64,000 nt of DNA, from the NCBI GenBank assembly GCA_964016885.1, contig OZ024747.1:52762001-52826000 (forward strand), written 5' to 3'. Made by a program: the position numbers and the translations under genes. The notes under the pieces are model-generated. The model made no database searches. It had not been told where the DNA came from and saw only the letters and a program-made list of their open reading frames with translations. This DNA is from Eledone cirrhosa. Lineage: Eukaryota. Below, piece after piece: positions 1-21,084 of the stretch. Within the stretch, counting starts at the first letter, position 1, and each line of letters begins with the position of its first letter.

Positions 1-5389
<5,389 letters not shown>

Positions 5390-5394
<5 letters not shown>

Positions 5395-5703
5395 AAAACT
5401 TTCGCTCTACATGGCTGAATACAATAAATGTAATCTGAGTTTTTCGAATATTAATAATAACATTCGATTCTTCTGCAATTATGCAAACAAGCCTCATTTT
5501 TATAGCCATGACAGTACTATGAACACTTCATTCTTGCTCATGTGTTGGCATGCGAACAGTTGCAGCTCTGTTCACATGCTAACGCAAGAGCAAGTATGAA
5601 GTGTTCATAGTACTGTCATGGCTATAAAAATGAGGCTTGTTTGCATAATTGCAAAAGAATCTCATGATATTATTGATATTCGAAAAACTCAGATTACATT
5701 TAT
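5390..5703. repeat. Fold-back palindrome (5424-5703) with ~34-nt one-sided tail, within (TA)n
   Basis: ATAAATGTAATCTGAGTTTTTCGAATA ... TATTCGAAAAACTCAGATTACATTTAT; pairing continues to a ~8-nt loop at ~5560-5567. Confidence 0.92.
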
Positions 5704-5796
5704 ATATATATAAATATATATATATACATGTACATATTTAAAAATATTTATCAATATATTTATATGTATAAATATATATTTATATATATGTATGTA

Positions 5797-5839
<43 letters not shown>

Positions 5840-6388
5840 ATATGTATATATATATGTGTGTATATGTATGTATATATAAATATTTATATATATGTATATA
5901 TATATATGTGTGTATGTATATATGTATATACATATATGTGTGTATATATGTATGTATGTATGTATATATATATATATTTATATATGTAAATATATATGAA
6001 TATATTTATATATATATGAATATATATACACATATATGTATTATGTATGTATATTTATATACATATATCTATCTATCTTTAGATATGTATACAGGAATTT
6101 ACTCATTCTCACATACTCATACCTACATTTATACACACATAGCTCCATATATATATATATATAATTTTGTATATGCATATACGTATGCATATATTATTAT
6201 AAATGTGTGTATACATATGTGTATATATATATATATAATTATATATATATATTTATATATACATACATACATAAATATACATATTTATATATATACACAC
6301 ACACACACAAACATACATATTTATATATATACACACACAAACATACATATTTATATATATATACACACACACACACAAACATACATAT

Positions 6389-6419
<31 letters not shown>

Positions 6420-7362
6420 AACATACATATTTATATATATATACACACACATATATATATATATATATCAGGAAAGAAGATTGACATGGTTTGCTATACG
6501 AAAAAGGTTTTTAATCTCACTGCTGACAATTGTTTCTCTGAACTGGTAGGTCTAGAGATCGCTATTCGCTTGTGGACTATACCTAAGTGGACTGCATATA
6601 ACTATTATTTGTTACCCCGTATATATATATATTATTTTTTTTTTATTTTGCGTATGTAGATGTTTTTTTAATCGGTGCAGTAGCCATCGTCCTAACTCAT
6701 TTCTTATATCACTTTCCTCTTGTATCTGTAGTAGGTTTATTTGTTTTTTATACATTAAGTCTTAAATGATGCTTGTGTTTTCACTGAGTATTTTTAACAT
6801 TATGCTTCTTACGTGTAGGTCTGTGGCATAGTTGATAGAGAAGTTGCAATGGTGAATTTGCGAGTTCGATACCCCGACTGCGAACGCGCTATAGTCTTGA
6901 GTACGTTGTTCTTTCTGCCATGTCTTGCGACTAGTATGTAATATCAACAACGGAAAGACTAATGGAAACATTGTTTCCGTGGTCCGATCTAATAAGTTCC
7001 ACCCGACCACTAAGTAAGCGAATGATCTCGCGGTCTATGGGATCTCCTTGCTGGAATTCTACATATATATGCATATATGTGTGTGTATGTATGTATGTAT
7101 GTATGTATGTATGTATGTATGTATGTATGTATGTATGTGTGTATATATATATATATATATTATATATAAAAATTATATATATATATATATATTTATATAT
7201 ACATATATATTTATACATATATATATTTATATATACATATATATTTATACATATATATATTTATATATATATATATATTTATACATATATATATTTATAT
7301 ATATATATATATTGATATATATATATATATTTATATATATATATATTTATATTTATATATTT

Positions 7363-7394
<32 letters not shown>

Positions 7395-7487
7395 TATATA
7401 TATATATTATATGTATATATATATATTATATATATATAATACATATTATATATATATAATACATATTATATATATATATAATATATA

Positions 7488-7566
<79 letters not shown>

Positions 7567-7588
7567 TATACATATATATATATATATC

Positions 7589-7675
<87 letters not shown>

Positions 7676-7697
7676 TATACATATATATATATATATC

Positions 7698-7730
<33 letters not shown>

Positions 7731-7734
7731 ATAT

Positions 7735-7767
<33 letters not shown>

Positions 7768-7771
7768 TATA

Positions 7772-7815
<44 letters not shown>

Positions 7816-8096
7816 ATATATATATATATTATACATATATATATATTATACATATATATATATATCTTATATATATATTATACATATATATTATATATAT
7901 ATTATACATATATATATATTATACATATATATATATTATACATATATATATATTATACATATATATATATTATACATATATATATATTATACATATATAT
8001 ATATTATACATATATATATATTATACATATATATATATTATACATATATATATATTATACATATATATATATTATACATATATATATATTATACAT

Positions 8097-8227
8097 CGTC
8101 CCTTTACGGACTGAGTTCAAATCCCGCCGAGGTTAACTTTGCCTTTCATCCTTACGGGGTCGATAAAATAAAGTACCAGTAATACACTGGTTTAATTGCT
8201 GGCCTTGTGCCAAAAGTAGAAACAATT
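8097..8227 (+). mobile_element. tRNA-derived SINE family S1, 5'-truncated
   Basis: B-box GAGTTCAAATCC, then GCCTTTCATCCTTACGGGGTCGATAAAATAAAGTACCAG; many copies in this window. Confidence 0.85.
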
Positions 8228-8679
8228 CTATATATATTATATATATATATATATATATATCATACATACATATATTTATTAGACATACATATATATATAT
8301 ATATATTATACATACATATATTATATATATATATATATTGTACATATACATACTTATATACACACGTATACATATATACCTTTACGTTTTTATTTTTCAT
8401 ATGTAACTTTAACTGTTATATACACGTATGTGTACACACACACGCTCACTCACACACACGCGCATATATACATATATACACACTCACACATGCGTGCTAT
8501 GCATGTATTGCACACACACACACACACACGCATTTCACGTGTGTATATAACACACTCACACTTACCTGTTTTAGTATGTGTAGCACACACAGATAAATAC
8601 CGCTATTATGTAGCTATTGTATACACACATACACAAATACATTCTACGTATCAATGAACATATATATATATATATATAC

Positions 8680-9217
<538 letters not shown>

Positions 9218-9226
9218 GTATATATG

Positions 9227-9286
<60 letters not shown>

Positions 9287-9299
9287 TACATATATATAT

Positions 9300-9445
<146 letters not shown>

Positions 9446-9446
9446 C

Positions 9447-9538
<92 letters not shown>

Positions 9539-9551
9539 CATATATATATAC

Positions 9552-9683
<132 letters not shown>

Positions 9684-9860
9684 GCACTACACCCACACGT
9701 TTACCAACAACAAATCAACAAATTTTCCAAATCTAAACATATTAATACACGCATGTTTTGCCTCTCTCTCTCTCCCTTTCACTGTGTAAATACATACACA
9801 CACACACGCACACACACGCACACACACACACTCACACACATATATATATATATATATATT

Positions 9861-10033
9861 ATAACGAAAATTTAATATAGAAATGACTTCTACAGGGCTG
9901 GAACTCTTGCATTCGAATGAAGCAGTTCTAATCCTGCAGAAGCTATTTCTATATTAAAGAATTTCGTTATTTTCACTCAATATCTATGTATTGAGTACCT
10001 TATTTACTGTGGTTACCCCTTATTTCATTCGGG
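9861..10033 (+). mobile_element. Family A fold-back element, degenerate
   Basis: Imperfect inverted repeat 9861-9970 centred on CATTCGAATG; tail TATGTATTGAGTACCTTATTTACTGTGGTTACC shared with the 29756 copy. Confidence 0.75.
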
Positions 10034-10141
10034 ATCTACACTGACACTCTCGCATACTCACATATAGGTTTGTGTGAATGTAACCTTGACTCCCTATAAC
10101 ACATTTATATACACACACATCTCGTATAAGCACATGTTTCT

Positions 10142-10176
<35 letters not shown>

Positions 10177-10257
10177 AACATTCCATATAACAAATACATC
10201 AATATACACACATGTATAATAGAATTGTCTACTGCTTATATATTTCTCTCCATATAA

Positions 10258-10297
<40 letters not shown>

Positions 10298-10299
<2 letters not shown>

Positions 10300-10400
10300 G
10301 TTCTCGGTATGGTGAACAAACTGTTGTGTTACTACGTCTACCAAACTCGTCCCATGGACTGACTGCTCTACCACTTCGGATATAACCTTCCAGTTTTCTA
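10298..10400 (+). mobile_element. Family C island, 3' part
   Basis: Homologous to 3027-3131. Confidence 0.7.
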
Positions 10401-10435
10401 CCTCCCCGCCCCCTCCCCGCTCTCTCTCTCTCTCT

Positions 10436-10482
<47 letters not shown>

Positions 10483-10650
10483 TAGATAGAGAGGTAGTTA
10501 TAGATATATATACATACATTCAAATATATATATATATATATACATACATACATACACAAACATACATACATATATACCTACATATATACATACAAACACA
10601 CTCATATATATATATATATATATAATATACATACATATATATCTACACAT

Positions 10651-10714
<64 letters not shown>

Positions 10715-10774
10715 TATATACATATATTATTAAGACTAAATAGTGAGTCCTGTTATTTTAGTTTCACATATGTC

Positions 10775-11033
10775 ATGGATATAGAGCTGTTGGATCGGCA
10801 AGAGCTCAGCCGTAGGGTCCCGACTCTTTATAATATATACACACATCTATCAATTAGTGGCGGGGTTATCACCGCCGTCACCATCACGAGCATCATCATC
10901 ATCATTCTCACCGTTATCATCATTTTTATAATCACCGTCGCCGCTGTCCCCCTCATTAGCTTCTTGTTTTAATGCATTAAATAAGATCTGCGCATTTATT
11001 GTAGAATGTCTTTTCCCGTTAATATAAACTCTG

Positions 11034-11084
<51 letters not shown>

Positions 11085-11210
11085 AGCTGTTGAAACAGCA
11101 AGAGCTCAGCCGTCGGGTCCCAACTCTTTATAATATAGTTATACTCTACTACAAGTATTGAGTACTCTGTTGAGTGATGGTCTAACTAGCTTTAAATTGG
11201 TTCTATCCTG
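10775..11210 (+). mobile_element. Two family B fragments (10775-10835 and 11078-11210)
   Basis: GCAAGAGCTCAGCCGT(A/C)GGGTCCC; the second has the tail AAGTATTGAGTACTCT. Confidence 0.65.
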
Positions 11211-11249
<39 letters not shown>

Positions 11250-11797
11250 TATAATATATATATATGATATATAATTTTTAGGGATTAAATTTTATCTTTC
11301 TAGAGAAGAATTCTATATTATCATTTTACACACACATACGATGTGTGTGTGTATCTGTGTGTGTGCGTGTGTGTGTGTATCTGTGTGTGTGTATCTGTGT
11401 GTGTGTGTGCGTGTGTGTGTGCGTGTGTGTGTGTGCGCGTGTGTGTGTGTACACACGTGTGTGAGTCAGATTGACGTATCTATTTTTACATACATGACAT
11501 AAAAATCCATCATTCGACTCCAGTGATCAAATAAATAAATAAAGTGTTGTCTTCCTTTTTGTACCATCTACTCCTACTACGACTCCTGTCTCCATATGGA
11601 TACGATATCTCAAAGAATATCGAATGATATGCAACGATTATGTCTTATACGAAATTGAATATTACATATTGGTTTATCATTTTTTTTCCAATATCGTTCC
11701 TCCCACCATCACCACCACTACTTCCATCTCTATCAACGTCTTTCATCAAGCTATCTATCAATATATGTCTATCTATCTCTCTCTCTCTCTCTCTCTT

Positions 11798-11860
<63 letters not shown>

Positions 11861-11863
<3 letters not shown>

Positions 11864-11962
11864 GGATTCAATCGGGGGTAACCACAGTTAGTAAGGTACT
11901 CAATACGTTCGTTTAACATAGAAATGGCTTCTACAGAACTTGTTTCATTTCTATATTAAACA
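11861..11962 (-). mobile_element. Family A element with short fold-back
   Basis: Reverse tail GGTAACCACAGTTAGTAAGGTACTCAATAC; inverted repeat GTTTAACATAGAAATG/CATTTCTATATTAAAC. Confidence 0.75.
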
Positions 11963-12024
11963 TGATATATAGACATACGTATCAATGTATGTCTATATAT
12001 CTACCAATCTCTCTCTCTCTCTCC

Positions 12025-12063
<39 letters not shown>

Positions 12064-12178
12064 ACTATGTATATATAAATGTACATATGTCTACATATAT
12101 ACATATGTATAAATAAATAAATATATATATGTATGTATAAATATAAATAAATATAAATAAATAAATATAAATAAATAA

Positions 12179-12271
<93 letters not shown>

Positions 12272-12648
12272 CATATATATATACATGTGTGTATATATAT
12301 ATACATGTGTGTATGTATATTTGTATGGTATGTATGCCATCATGCATTCAGCACAACCTTTCACAGGCTACAAATATAAGCGATGTGAAAATAATTGCTG
12401 CTTGTCTTTTATTAACACCAGGTCAGTCCTGTTAGATACAAGAGGCTTATTGTATGATCAAAAGAATTCCAACCGTCACACTTCCCAGCCACAACACACA
12501 CATACTACACTTTACTACACTATACTACAAACACCCACACACACACACACTTCCTCATTATCCAACAATCTCTTTTCTTAATACCTCTACATTTAGAAAT
12601 AGGGTAGATTTGGCTGTTATCTCTAGTTGAAGCGTTGGTTCTGCTTTA

Positions 12649-12687
<39 letters not shown>

Positions 12688-12805
12688 GCTATCGAAATGT
12701 GAAGAAAAGGAACAACGGCAGCAAAGATGTTTTTTTTGTTTTTTTAATGGGATGGAAAGTCTTCGTGTGTGTGTGTGTGTTATACACACACACTTCACAT
12801 ATATG

Positions 12806-12850
<45 letters not shown>

Positions 12851-13179
12851 GCGGGTGCAAGTATGGCTGTGTGGTTAAAGAGTTCCCTTGAAAACATTGT
12901 TTAGTGTTTAAGTGCCGCGGCGGTGTGGCACCTTGGGCAAGTGTCTTTTACTGTAGCATCATGTTGACCAATGCTTTGTTGGTGAGATTTGGTGGACGGA
13001 AACTGCATAAGACCGTCCTATGTGTGTGTGTGTGTGAGAGAGTGACAGAATGTGTGTGTGAGGGAGAATGCGAGTATGCGTTTGTATTCCGTAATGTAAC
13101 GATTCCACACAAAAAAACGTATTGGGATCGATATGATTGACTAAGTCATGGCTGTGGTGCCACAGCATGACGACTAAAA

Positions 13180-13224
<45 letters not shown>

Positions 13225-13411
13225 CACTTATATGTCGTATAATAAATTCTACACTCTTCGCAGGGTGTCTTAATTAGTAACACACACACACAAACTGAAA
13301 TCATGAATCCGGCAACCTTCGGACCAGCCATCGTGCAACCACGGAAAATGCCGGAAAGCAGAAACTGACCCCTAAAAGGAACCCTCTATGAAATGAACCT
13401 CATCCCTCCCG

Positions 13412-13448
<37 letters not shown>

Positions 13449-13743
13449 TGCCCTGTCAAAACTAGAACAAAGCTTAAAACAGCAAATAATACAACAAATA
13501 TATCTTCCAATGTTTTCTATTGTTTTGTGTAATATAATGTCTAAAATCCCAACATAAATTATATATAAAGAACATCAAATTCATAATATGCCGGACCATG
13601 GAGTGCCGAATTAGAAATGTCCGACCTGTAAATTCTTTATTCCATAATATTGGGGATATATATCTTAAACATCGATTTCGTTGACTAGACTGAAGAACGG
13701 TTCTCATGCTTATATCTGCAATATATACATACACACATATATA

Positions 13744-13776
<33 letters not shown>

Positions 13777-13941
13777 GACCATAACGCACCAGAGTACTCA
13801 ATACTTAGAGTAGTAGAGTGGGAAATAGGAAAAAGTATGACCCCAACAGCAGAGCTGAAGCCGTTTCGACGGCTATTTCTGGTCCAGAAATAGCCGTCGA
13901 AACGGCTTGAGCTCTGCCGTCGGGATCATACTTTTTCCTAT
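13777..13941. mobile_element. Family B fold-back element (palindrome 13825-13941, 1-nt loop at 13883) plus tail
   Basis: ATAGGAAAAAGTATGA ... TCATACTTTTTCCTAT; contains GAAACGGC-TTGAGCTCT-GCCGTC (hammerhead stem III-like). Confidence 0.8.
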
Positions 13942-13944
13942 ATA

Positions 13945-13987
<43 letters not shown>

Positions 13988-14377
13988 CGGCCTCCTGGCA
14001 TTTTACTCAATAATATATGTATATACACTAACATTACCTAATATCTGCACACGGTGGTCCTATTCGGACCACCGCCAGCAGATCGGAATCGTAGAAACTG
14101 CAGCTTAGGTCCGAGTATCTCTCATATTTCCGACCCACACAAAGTCGTCTTCCTCACAAATTAACGGATAAGTGTCTCTCCAACTTAAATAATACGGAAC
14201 TTGATTAAATTATTGAGTGAGTGAGGAAACAACCGAGACTATGTCCATTCTATTCCATAAGATTCGTCCCATAATTATATAAATATAAATATATATTTGT
14301 GTGTGTGTGTATATACAGACATAAATACATATAATATTTGTGTGTGTGTGTCTTTAATGTATGTGTATTATATAAAC

Positions 14378-14483
14378 GTGGAGGTTAACTTTGCCTTTCA
14401 TCCTTACGGGGGGGGGGGTCGATAAAAGTACCAGTAATGCACTGGGGTTATTTGCTGGCCTTGTGCCATAAGTAGAATCAATT
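14378..14483 (+). mobile_element. SINE S1 3' fragment
   Basis: GAGGTTAACTTTGCCTTTCATCCTTACGGGG ... GGCCTTGTGCC. Confidence 0.8.
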
Positions 14484-14926
14484 ATATAGACGTGCAAGCA
14501 CGGCTTAAATTCCACGCTCATCCTTCGCCAACAAACAGCTAAGAAGTGACACTACGTTATACATGGCTTGCTGCTACTTGCTTTACTACTACTACTGCTA
14601 CTGCTGCTGCTGCTGCTGCTGTTATTATTGGTGGTGCTACTACTGCTGCCGTTCTGGTTGTTACAGTACACACACACACACACATACATATATATATATG
14701 GACTGTATATATATATATATACAGTCCATTCACTCTCCTCCTCTCCTTTTTCCTTCTTCCTTCACCCCCCCCCCGCCACATCCTTCTACAATCGCCATCC
14801 TCCTCCCATCGCTTTCATAGATCTACATAGAGAGAGAGAGAGTGAGAAAGAAAGTGTGTGTGTGTGAGAGAGAGAGAGAGAGTGGTTATATTAGACAGCT
14901 TATAAGCTGAAGCTAGTGAGAGCATG

Positions 14927-14965
<39 letters not shown>

Positions 14966-15565
14966 ATGTATAAGCATGTGTCACACACAGATATACACAC
15001 ATACAACCTTTTCTATCTATATCTCTCTTATATATTATTTATATATATAATATGTATATACACATATACAAATATACATACATACATACAACCCACACAC
15101 TCAAAAAAACTCTTACAGCTCTTCTTCCATTCATTCTCCACCACAATGGAATGAAAAAAAAATATATATATGTGTATATATGTATATATATATATATATA
15201 TATATACATACACAAACATGTAAATTTACATACAGATAAAAAAAGAGAGAGAGAGAAACGAAAAAAAAAAAAGAGTAGCTGAAGGAAGCAAAGAAAAAAT
15301 TAATGGAAAAATATTTTGTACCGTAAAATCTGAAATTTGGATTTAAAGAAAAGAAGAAGGAAATCGCAGCCGAAATTTTTACACTTACATTCGATCTATC
15401 GATCTGTTTTTATTTATTCATTTTTTTTTTTTAAATCAATTCAGTTTATTTTCTGATTACTTATTATTTTTACATACCCAACTATTTTTTTTTTGTGTGA
15501 AAAATAACAAAAAAAATACAGGATATGTTATATATTACTATTTATCTATCGCATGTCTGTGTTTA

Positions 15566-15599
<34 letters not shown>

Positions 15600-16500
15600 A
15601 ATTGACAGACTAGTTAATAACCATATATACTCGCGTATTAGACGAGTCTCCATTTTATATACTCTCTAGTTACAACTCTTGAAATATACCTGTATATTCT
15701 GTATCACAATATTGTATGTGGTGTTACCGATAACTGAGTGGGTATAGTGTGTTGGCTTTCTACCACATCGTACGTGTATGTATCATCGTGGGGATTGGCA
15801 AGTAGTGCGACTTATACATACATACATACATACATACATACATACATACATACATACATACATACATACATACATACATACATACATACATACATACATG
15901 TGTGTGTGTGTGTGTATATAAGGTATGTTATTTGTCTCATTATCTATCACTTCGATACAAGTCTTACGAGAGAGAGAGAGAGAGAGAGAGATAGAGTAAT
16001 ATGAAGGTGTGTAAAAAAAGAAGGGGGGGAGCAGCACAAAATGAAAGCAAACGCAACAACATCAACAACAACAACAACAACTAAGATTTTGGTATCGTTT
16101 GGTAGGAAAGAGAAAGCCAGGAATTTTTGGTTCTTTTGGAATGAAAGAAAAGCAAGCATGGAATAAAAGACGATGCAACGATCGAAAGAAAGACAGACAG
16201 AAGACAAAAATTTAGGATTCCAATTCTATCTAAGAGGAAAAGGTAATATTGGAAGAAAATGTAAGGAAGGAAATATAAATATATAGTGAGAGAATTTCTT
16301 CTTACCAAGAGTGAAAAATAGTGTATATGGTGTTATATCCCGGTTAATCCAAAAATCATCGTGTAAGCTGCAGCAGACCAATGTCCAGTGTTAGGAATAT
16401 ATTGCGGTCAGTAATGTATCCATTAGAGAAAGACATTTTCTTCTTCTTCAGCAGCTTTTTACACATACATGTTTTTCCAACTTATTTAAATATATATATT

Positions 16501-16556
<56 letters not shown>

Positions 16557-16791
16557 CTATAGTGTATATTTGTGTTGTTTAATATATATATATATATATA
16601 CGTGTGTGTGTGTGTGTATATGTTTTACAAACTGAATTTGTGGTATAAAGTGTGTTATATGTATGTATATCTTATTTTTATATTATATATATATACGTAC
16701 ATATATATACACCGTTACTCAGTATACACAGTATACATCGATTCGGTGATCAGAATATACATATGTTCTAAATATAAATATAAATCATTAC

Positions 16792-16825
<34 letters not shown>

Positions 16826-17578
16826 GTATATAATATGTATGTATATGTACACTTATATACACAGCTTCCGATGTTTTTTGTTTTTAAATTTCAGCATCAC
16901 TATCACTTGTTGCTATATATATACATATATAATATATATATATCATATACCTCTTCATCATTCTTATGTTATATAAATGTATGTATATCTATCTCTCTGT
17001 ATATATGTCTATACATATATATATTGAGAGAGAGACTCCACAGATCTTGTTTCCAGTTAGATGTTGCTAACGTTTGTTATAGTTAGCTAGTCATTAGTTT
17101 GTTTTATGTTACTGTAGATGTTAGAATATGATATATAATATAATATAATTAATTCCACAGCAATAATCCATCAAGCCACTCGCGATGTATGTATGTATAT
17201 ATATATATTTTTTTTTTTTTAAAATGATTTCTCAAATTCGTGTTCTATGCAGGTGCGTGTGTGTATATGTGCGTGCGTGTGTGTGTAAAATATCCAGTCG
17301 AAAGAACGATATTATTTTCAAAATACCTGTAGAGGACAATGATGCATGTAATTCCCCACAAATGTCAACATCTCTCTTTTTCTTTTCTAATTCTTCTTTT
17401 CTTTCCTCCTTTTTTTTTTTTGTTGTCTTAACTTACTACTTCTTTCTCCTACCCTTCTTTATAATTATATATACATACATATATAAGTATATGTATGTAT
17501 AATCAAATGTATGTTGAATCAAAGCAGAATGAGAGATTTTTTTTTTTAAAAACGTCTTCAGGCTAAATTTAAATAATG

Positions 17579-17621
<43 letters not shown>

Positions 17622-17926
17622 TGATAACAATAGACTATCTATTTCCGCTGTTGTTGTTGTTGTAGCAATGTACTTTTAAGATAAGGAATGCTTGTTTTTA
17701 TATATATATATATATATATATAGTGTTTATGTTGTTTTAAATATATACAAATGTATATATTATGTATAGGAGGAAAAAAAAAACCTTACGTTTGTCGTTA
17801 GTTAAAATGTTAAACTGAGGATTGAAGCTTGGTTGCAAAGAGCGTAACGTTTTTTTTTTTAAACCCAGAAAAGGGAAAAAAAAAAAAAAAAAAAACCAAC
17901 AACAACTAATTATAAATATATATATT

Positions 17927-17961
<35 letters not shown>

Positions 17962-19406
17962 GCCTTAATAGATAAGGGACTCAGTAAAAAAAAAAAAAAA
18001 CGAACGAAAGAAAAAAATATGACGGGGGCCCCCAGAAATATAATCTTAGGAAAAATATCCTCTCTCTCTCACACACACAGCAACCGTCTTCAGTTTTAGT
18101 TGAAGTTAATTCTACGAATCCTTTTTGTTATTTGAGTTTTCTGAATTAAAAATTTAGGGTGTTGTCCACCTGTGTTATATAGAATTTAATACAGTAGGCA
18201 CTAAAAATTAATACCATTGGACTAAAAACTCCGCTCTCTCAGTGTGTGTTGTTGTGTGGCGGGGTGTGGGCACTTATTTGGAATTTTTCGATGTGTGTTT
18301 GCATGTATGTATATGTGCATGTGTGTTCGTCTCTCGCTCACTGTCTGTGTGTGTGCGTTTCACAGCAAAATGAGACCTCCCTTTTTTATTTATTTTTTTA
18401 TATATATATTTTCAATTTTTCTACTCCCTCCCTCCTTCCTCTATCTCTTACTCTCTCTCTCTCGTTTTCCAGCGATTCCGATATTACAATTCCCTCCTCC
18501 TCCTCTCTCTCTCTCTCTCTGTTTTTATTCATCTTTTAAACTTTCATTCTTCTACTTCTCTCCCCTTTTTCACTCTCACTTCAACTCTAATTCATACTCT
18601 TCCTCTCACCCTCCTTCACAGTGAGTGTCTCTATAACGACGTTTATTTTAATCACTCCCAATTCCTCTTTCTTCTTTTTCTAAACAACCCCCCCCCCTCT
18701 TCCTCTCCTCCCTCTTTCTCTCCTCCTGCTTACCCCCTACCACCATGTCATTTTTTCCTCCTCCTTCCGTTCCTCCTCCTCCTCCTCCCCCTCCAATTAT
18801 TAATATCGAGTACATTATAGAAAATTTAATATCTTTCTTCTTCTTCTCTTCCCCCTCCCCCCCCCCCCCCGCCGCCGCCGTTCTCTATCTCTACGTATAT
18901 GTCAGCGAATAACAATGGTTTGTAAACATACAGATACATATATAGACACACACTCACTAAGACATACATCTATATATACATACAAATATATATATATGTG
19001 TGTCTATGTTTGTATATATATATATATATATATATATACACGTCGTTATTGGCACCTCCCTTTTATTAAAAATTCTGTTGCAGCACTCACGCATGCACAC
19101 ACCCTTTTTGCTTCTAATTTGCATTGAGTATAATATATATAATATATAAATGACTGCCCGTCAACATCTGTTGTAATAGCACATACGTATACACACACAC
19201 ATATACATATATTTATATATATATATAATATAATATAATATAATATAATATAACTGTGTGTGTGTATGTGTATATTGGATGTGTATATGTGGGTATATAT
19301 ATGTTTATATATATAAATGTATATATGACAGTGTGTGTATGCGTGTGGCTCCATGCGGGTGTTTATACATCAATGCATGTAGTTTAGCTAATTTTAAAAC
19401 ATTTAT

Positions 19407-19468
<62 letters not shown>

Positions 19469-19819
19469 GTATGTATATATACCTTTGGAACTTGTAGATG
19501 TCTTTATTGAATTTCTATATTTTTTTAATGTAAAAATATTTGAATCCATTTTAAATGTCTTCCTTCGCAAACTGTTGCATTTCAATATTGTGGATTAAAA
19601 TAGAAAAAAATCCATTTCTCTCCTCCACTGATAGGCCATAAGGATAATTTCTTTTTTGGGTGGGGGGCATGGGATATTTTGAAGAATCTCCTGGGTGAGA
19701 GAAAGCAATGAAAGATATTTGAGCCTGAAGAATTTCAACCCAAAATGTTTTTGTTTTTTTAAGGTAGAAATTAAATTGTGTAAATGATGAGCAGTTAGTG
19801 AAAAGTCCGCTGTTCTCTC

Positions 19820-19852
<33 letters not shown>

Positions 19853-19984
19853 ATCATGCTTCTGCCAATTCTCCGGGCCTATTTTCGTTTACCAAATTAA
19901 ATATTGAGTCGGTAGAGCGTCAGATGTACTTAGGTCAATTAAATACATACATATATATACATGCATACATATACATACACACAC

Positions 19985-20020
<36 letters not shown>

Positions 20021-20036
20021 TGAGATCTATCTCATC

Positions 20037-20676
20037 CAGTGCTTTCCAACCTTTTCACTTCTAAGCACCCCTCTCCCTTTTAAAATTTAAATGAATTTTC
20101 AATTTTCCTACGGATCTTCACGTCCGGTCCAACCAAAATTACTCCCTATTCGGGTTGATTGTTTTACACCGAGATTAGCAACCAAAAAGGTAAAATGTTT
20201 ATATTTAGAGATGAATTGATACCCAATAGTGTGTGTGTTGTACTATAGTTTTAACAAAGTACTAGGCATTTTGAACTTAGCTCACGGACCCCCTCGACCT
20301 AACTTTGTGGAGTCCCTGTGATCTACGGACTTCCACTACTACCTATGTTTGTGGAACCCCAGGGATCTACGGACCCCCTCGACCTCTCTTTGTGGAGCCC
20401 CAGGGATCTACGGACCCCCTCGACCTCTCTTTGTGGAGCCCCAGGAATCTACGGACTCCCAATATTATCTATCTTTGTGGAGCCCCTGGAATCTACGGAC
20501 TCACAGTATTATCTATCTTTGTGGAGCCCCAGGGTTCTACAGACTCCCATACTACCTATCTTTGTGGAGCCCCAGGGATCTACGGACACGCAGTACTACC
20601 TATCTTTGTGGAGCCCCAGGGATCCACAGCCCACCCAGTTCTACCTATGAGGACATCCCTGGGTTAAGAACCACTG
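20037..20676. mobile_element. Possible hAT/Charlie-like non-autonomous DNA transposon with an internal ~40-43 bp tandem array (20283-20630)
   Basis: Ends CAGTGCTTTCCAACC / GGTTAAGAACCACTG; internal units TTTGTGGAGCCCCAGGGATCTACGGAC; target-site duplication (TSD) only partial. Confidence 0.5.
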
Positions 20677-21084
20677 ATCTACCCAATTATAATTATTTTG
20701 CTAGATTTGAGTCTTTGTTTTAATCAATAGATTTCTCAAAATGTTTTATTGAGGTGTCTAAGCTGAGGAAATGTTGAAAGATAAGTTCTGATGTTTATTT
20801 TATATTGCAGCCATTCCCAGCCCCCTTGGGCCACCCCCACTCCATGCTCTTTAGCTGTCCATCCAGGTAGTACTGAGAGGTCCGTGAGCAAAATCCTTAC
20901 ATATATAGAAACAGGAGTGTCTCTATTTCAGCCTGGTTATCTACGGGATTGTGAACTAAGTTCAAAATGTCTATATATATATACACACTTATTAGTATAA
21001 ACATTTCTTTGTTGTTATTTTCACTGTATAACAATTGTCGGAAGGGGGTGTAATTGTAACAAGGTCCCCGTGGAGAAAATTCAC

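Noticed and set aside
14546-14670. Poly-Ser/Ala coding exon
   Set aside because: Trinucleotide repeats bounded by stops and microsatellites; no supporting context
15330-15388. 59-nt minus-strand intron (GTAAGT...TTTCAG)
   Set aside because: Very short, and flanks are non-coding low-complexity sequence; cannot be supported without reads
20305-20723. Three overlapping 110-124 aa ORFs
   Set aside because: Products of a ~41-bp tandem repeat, with the same peptides rotating through frames
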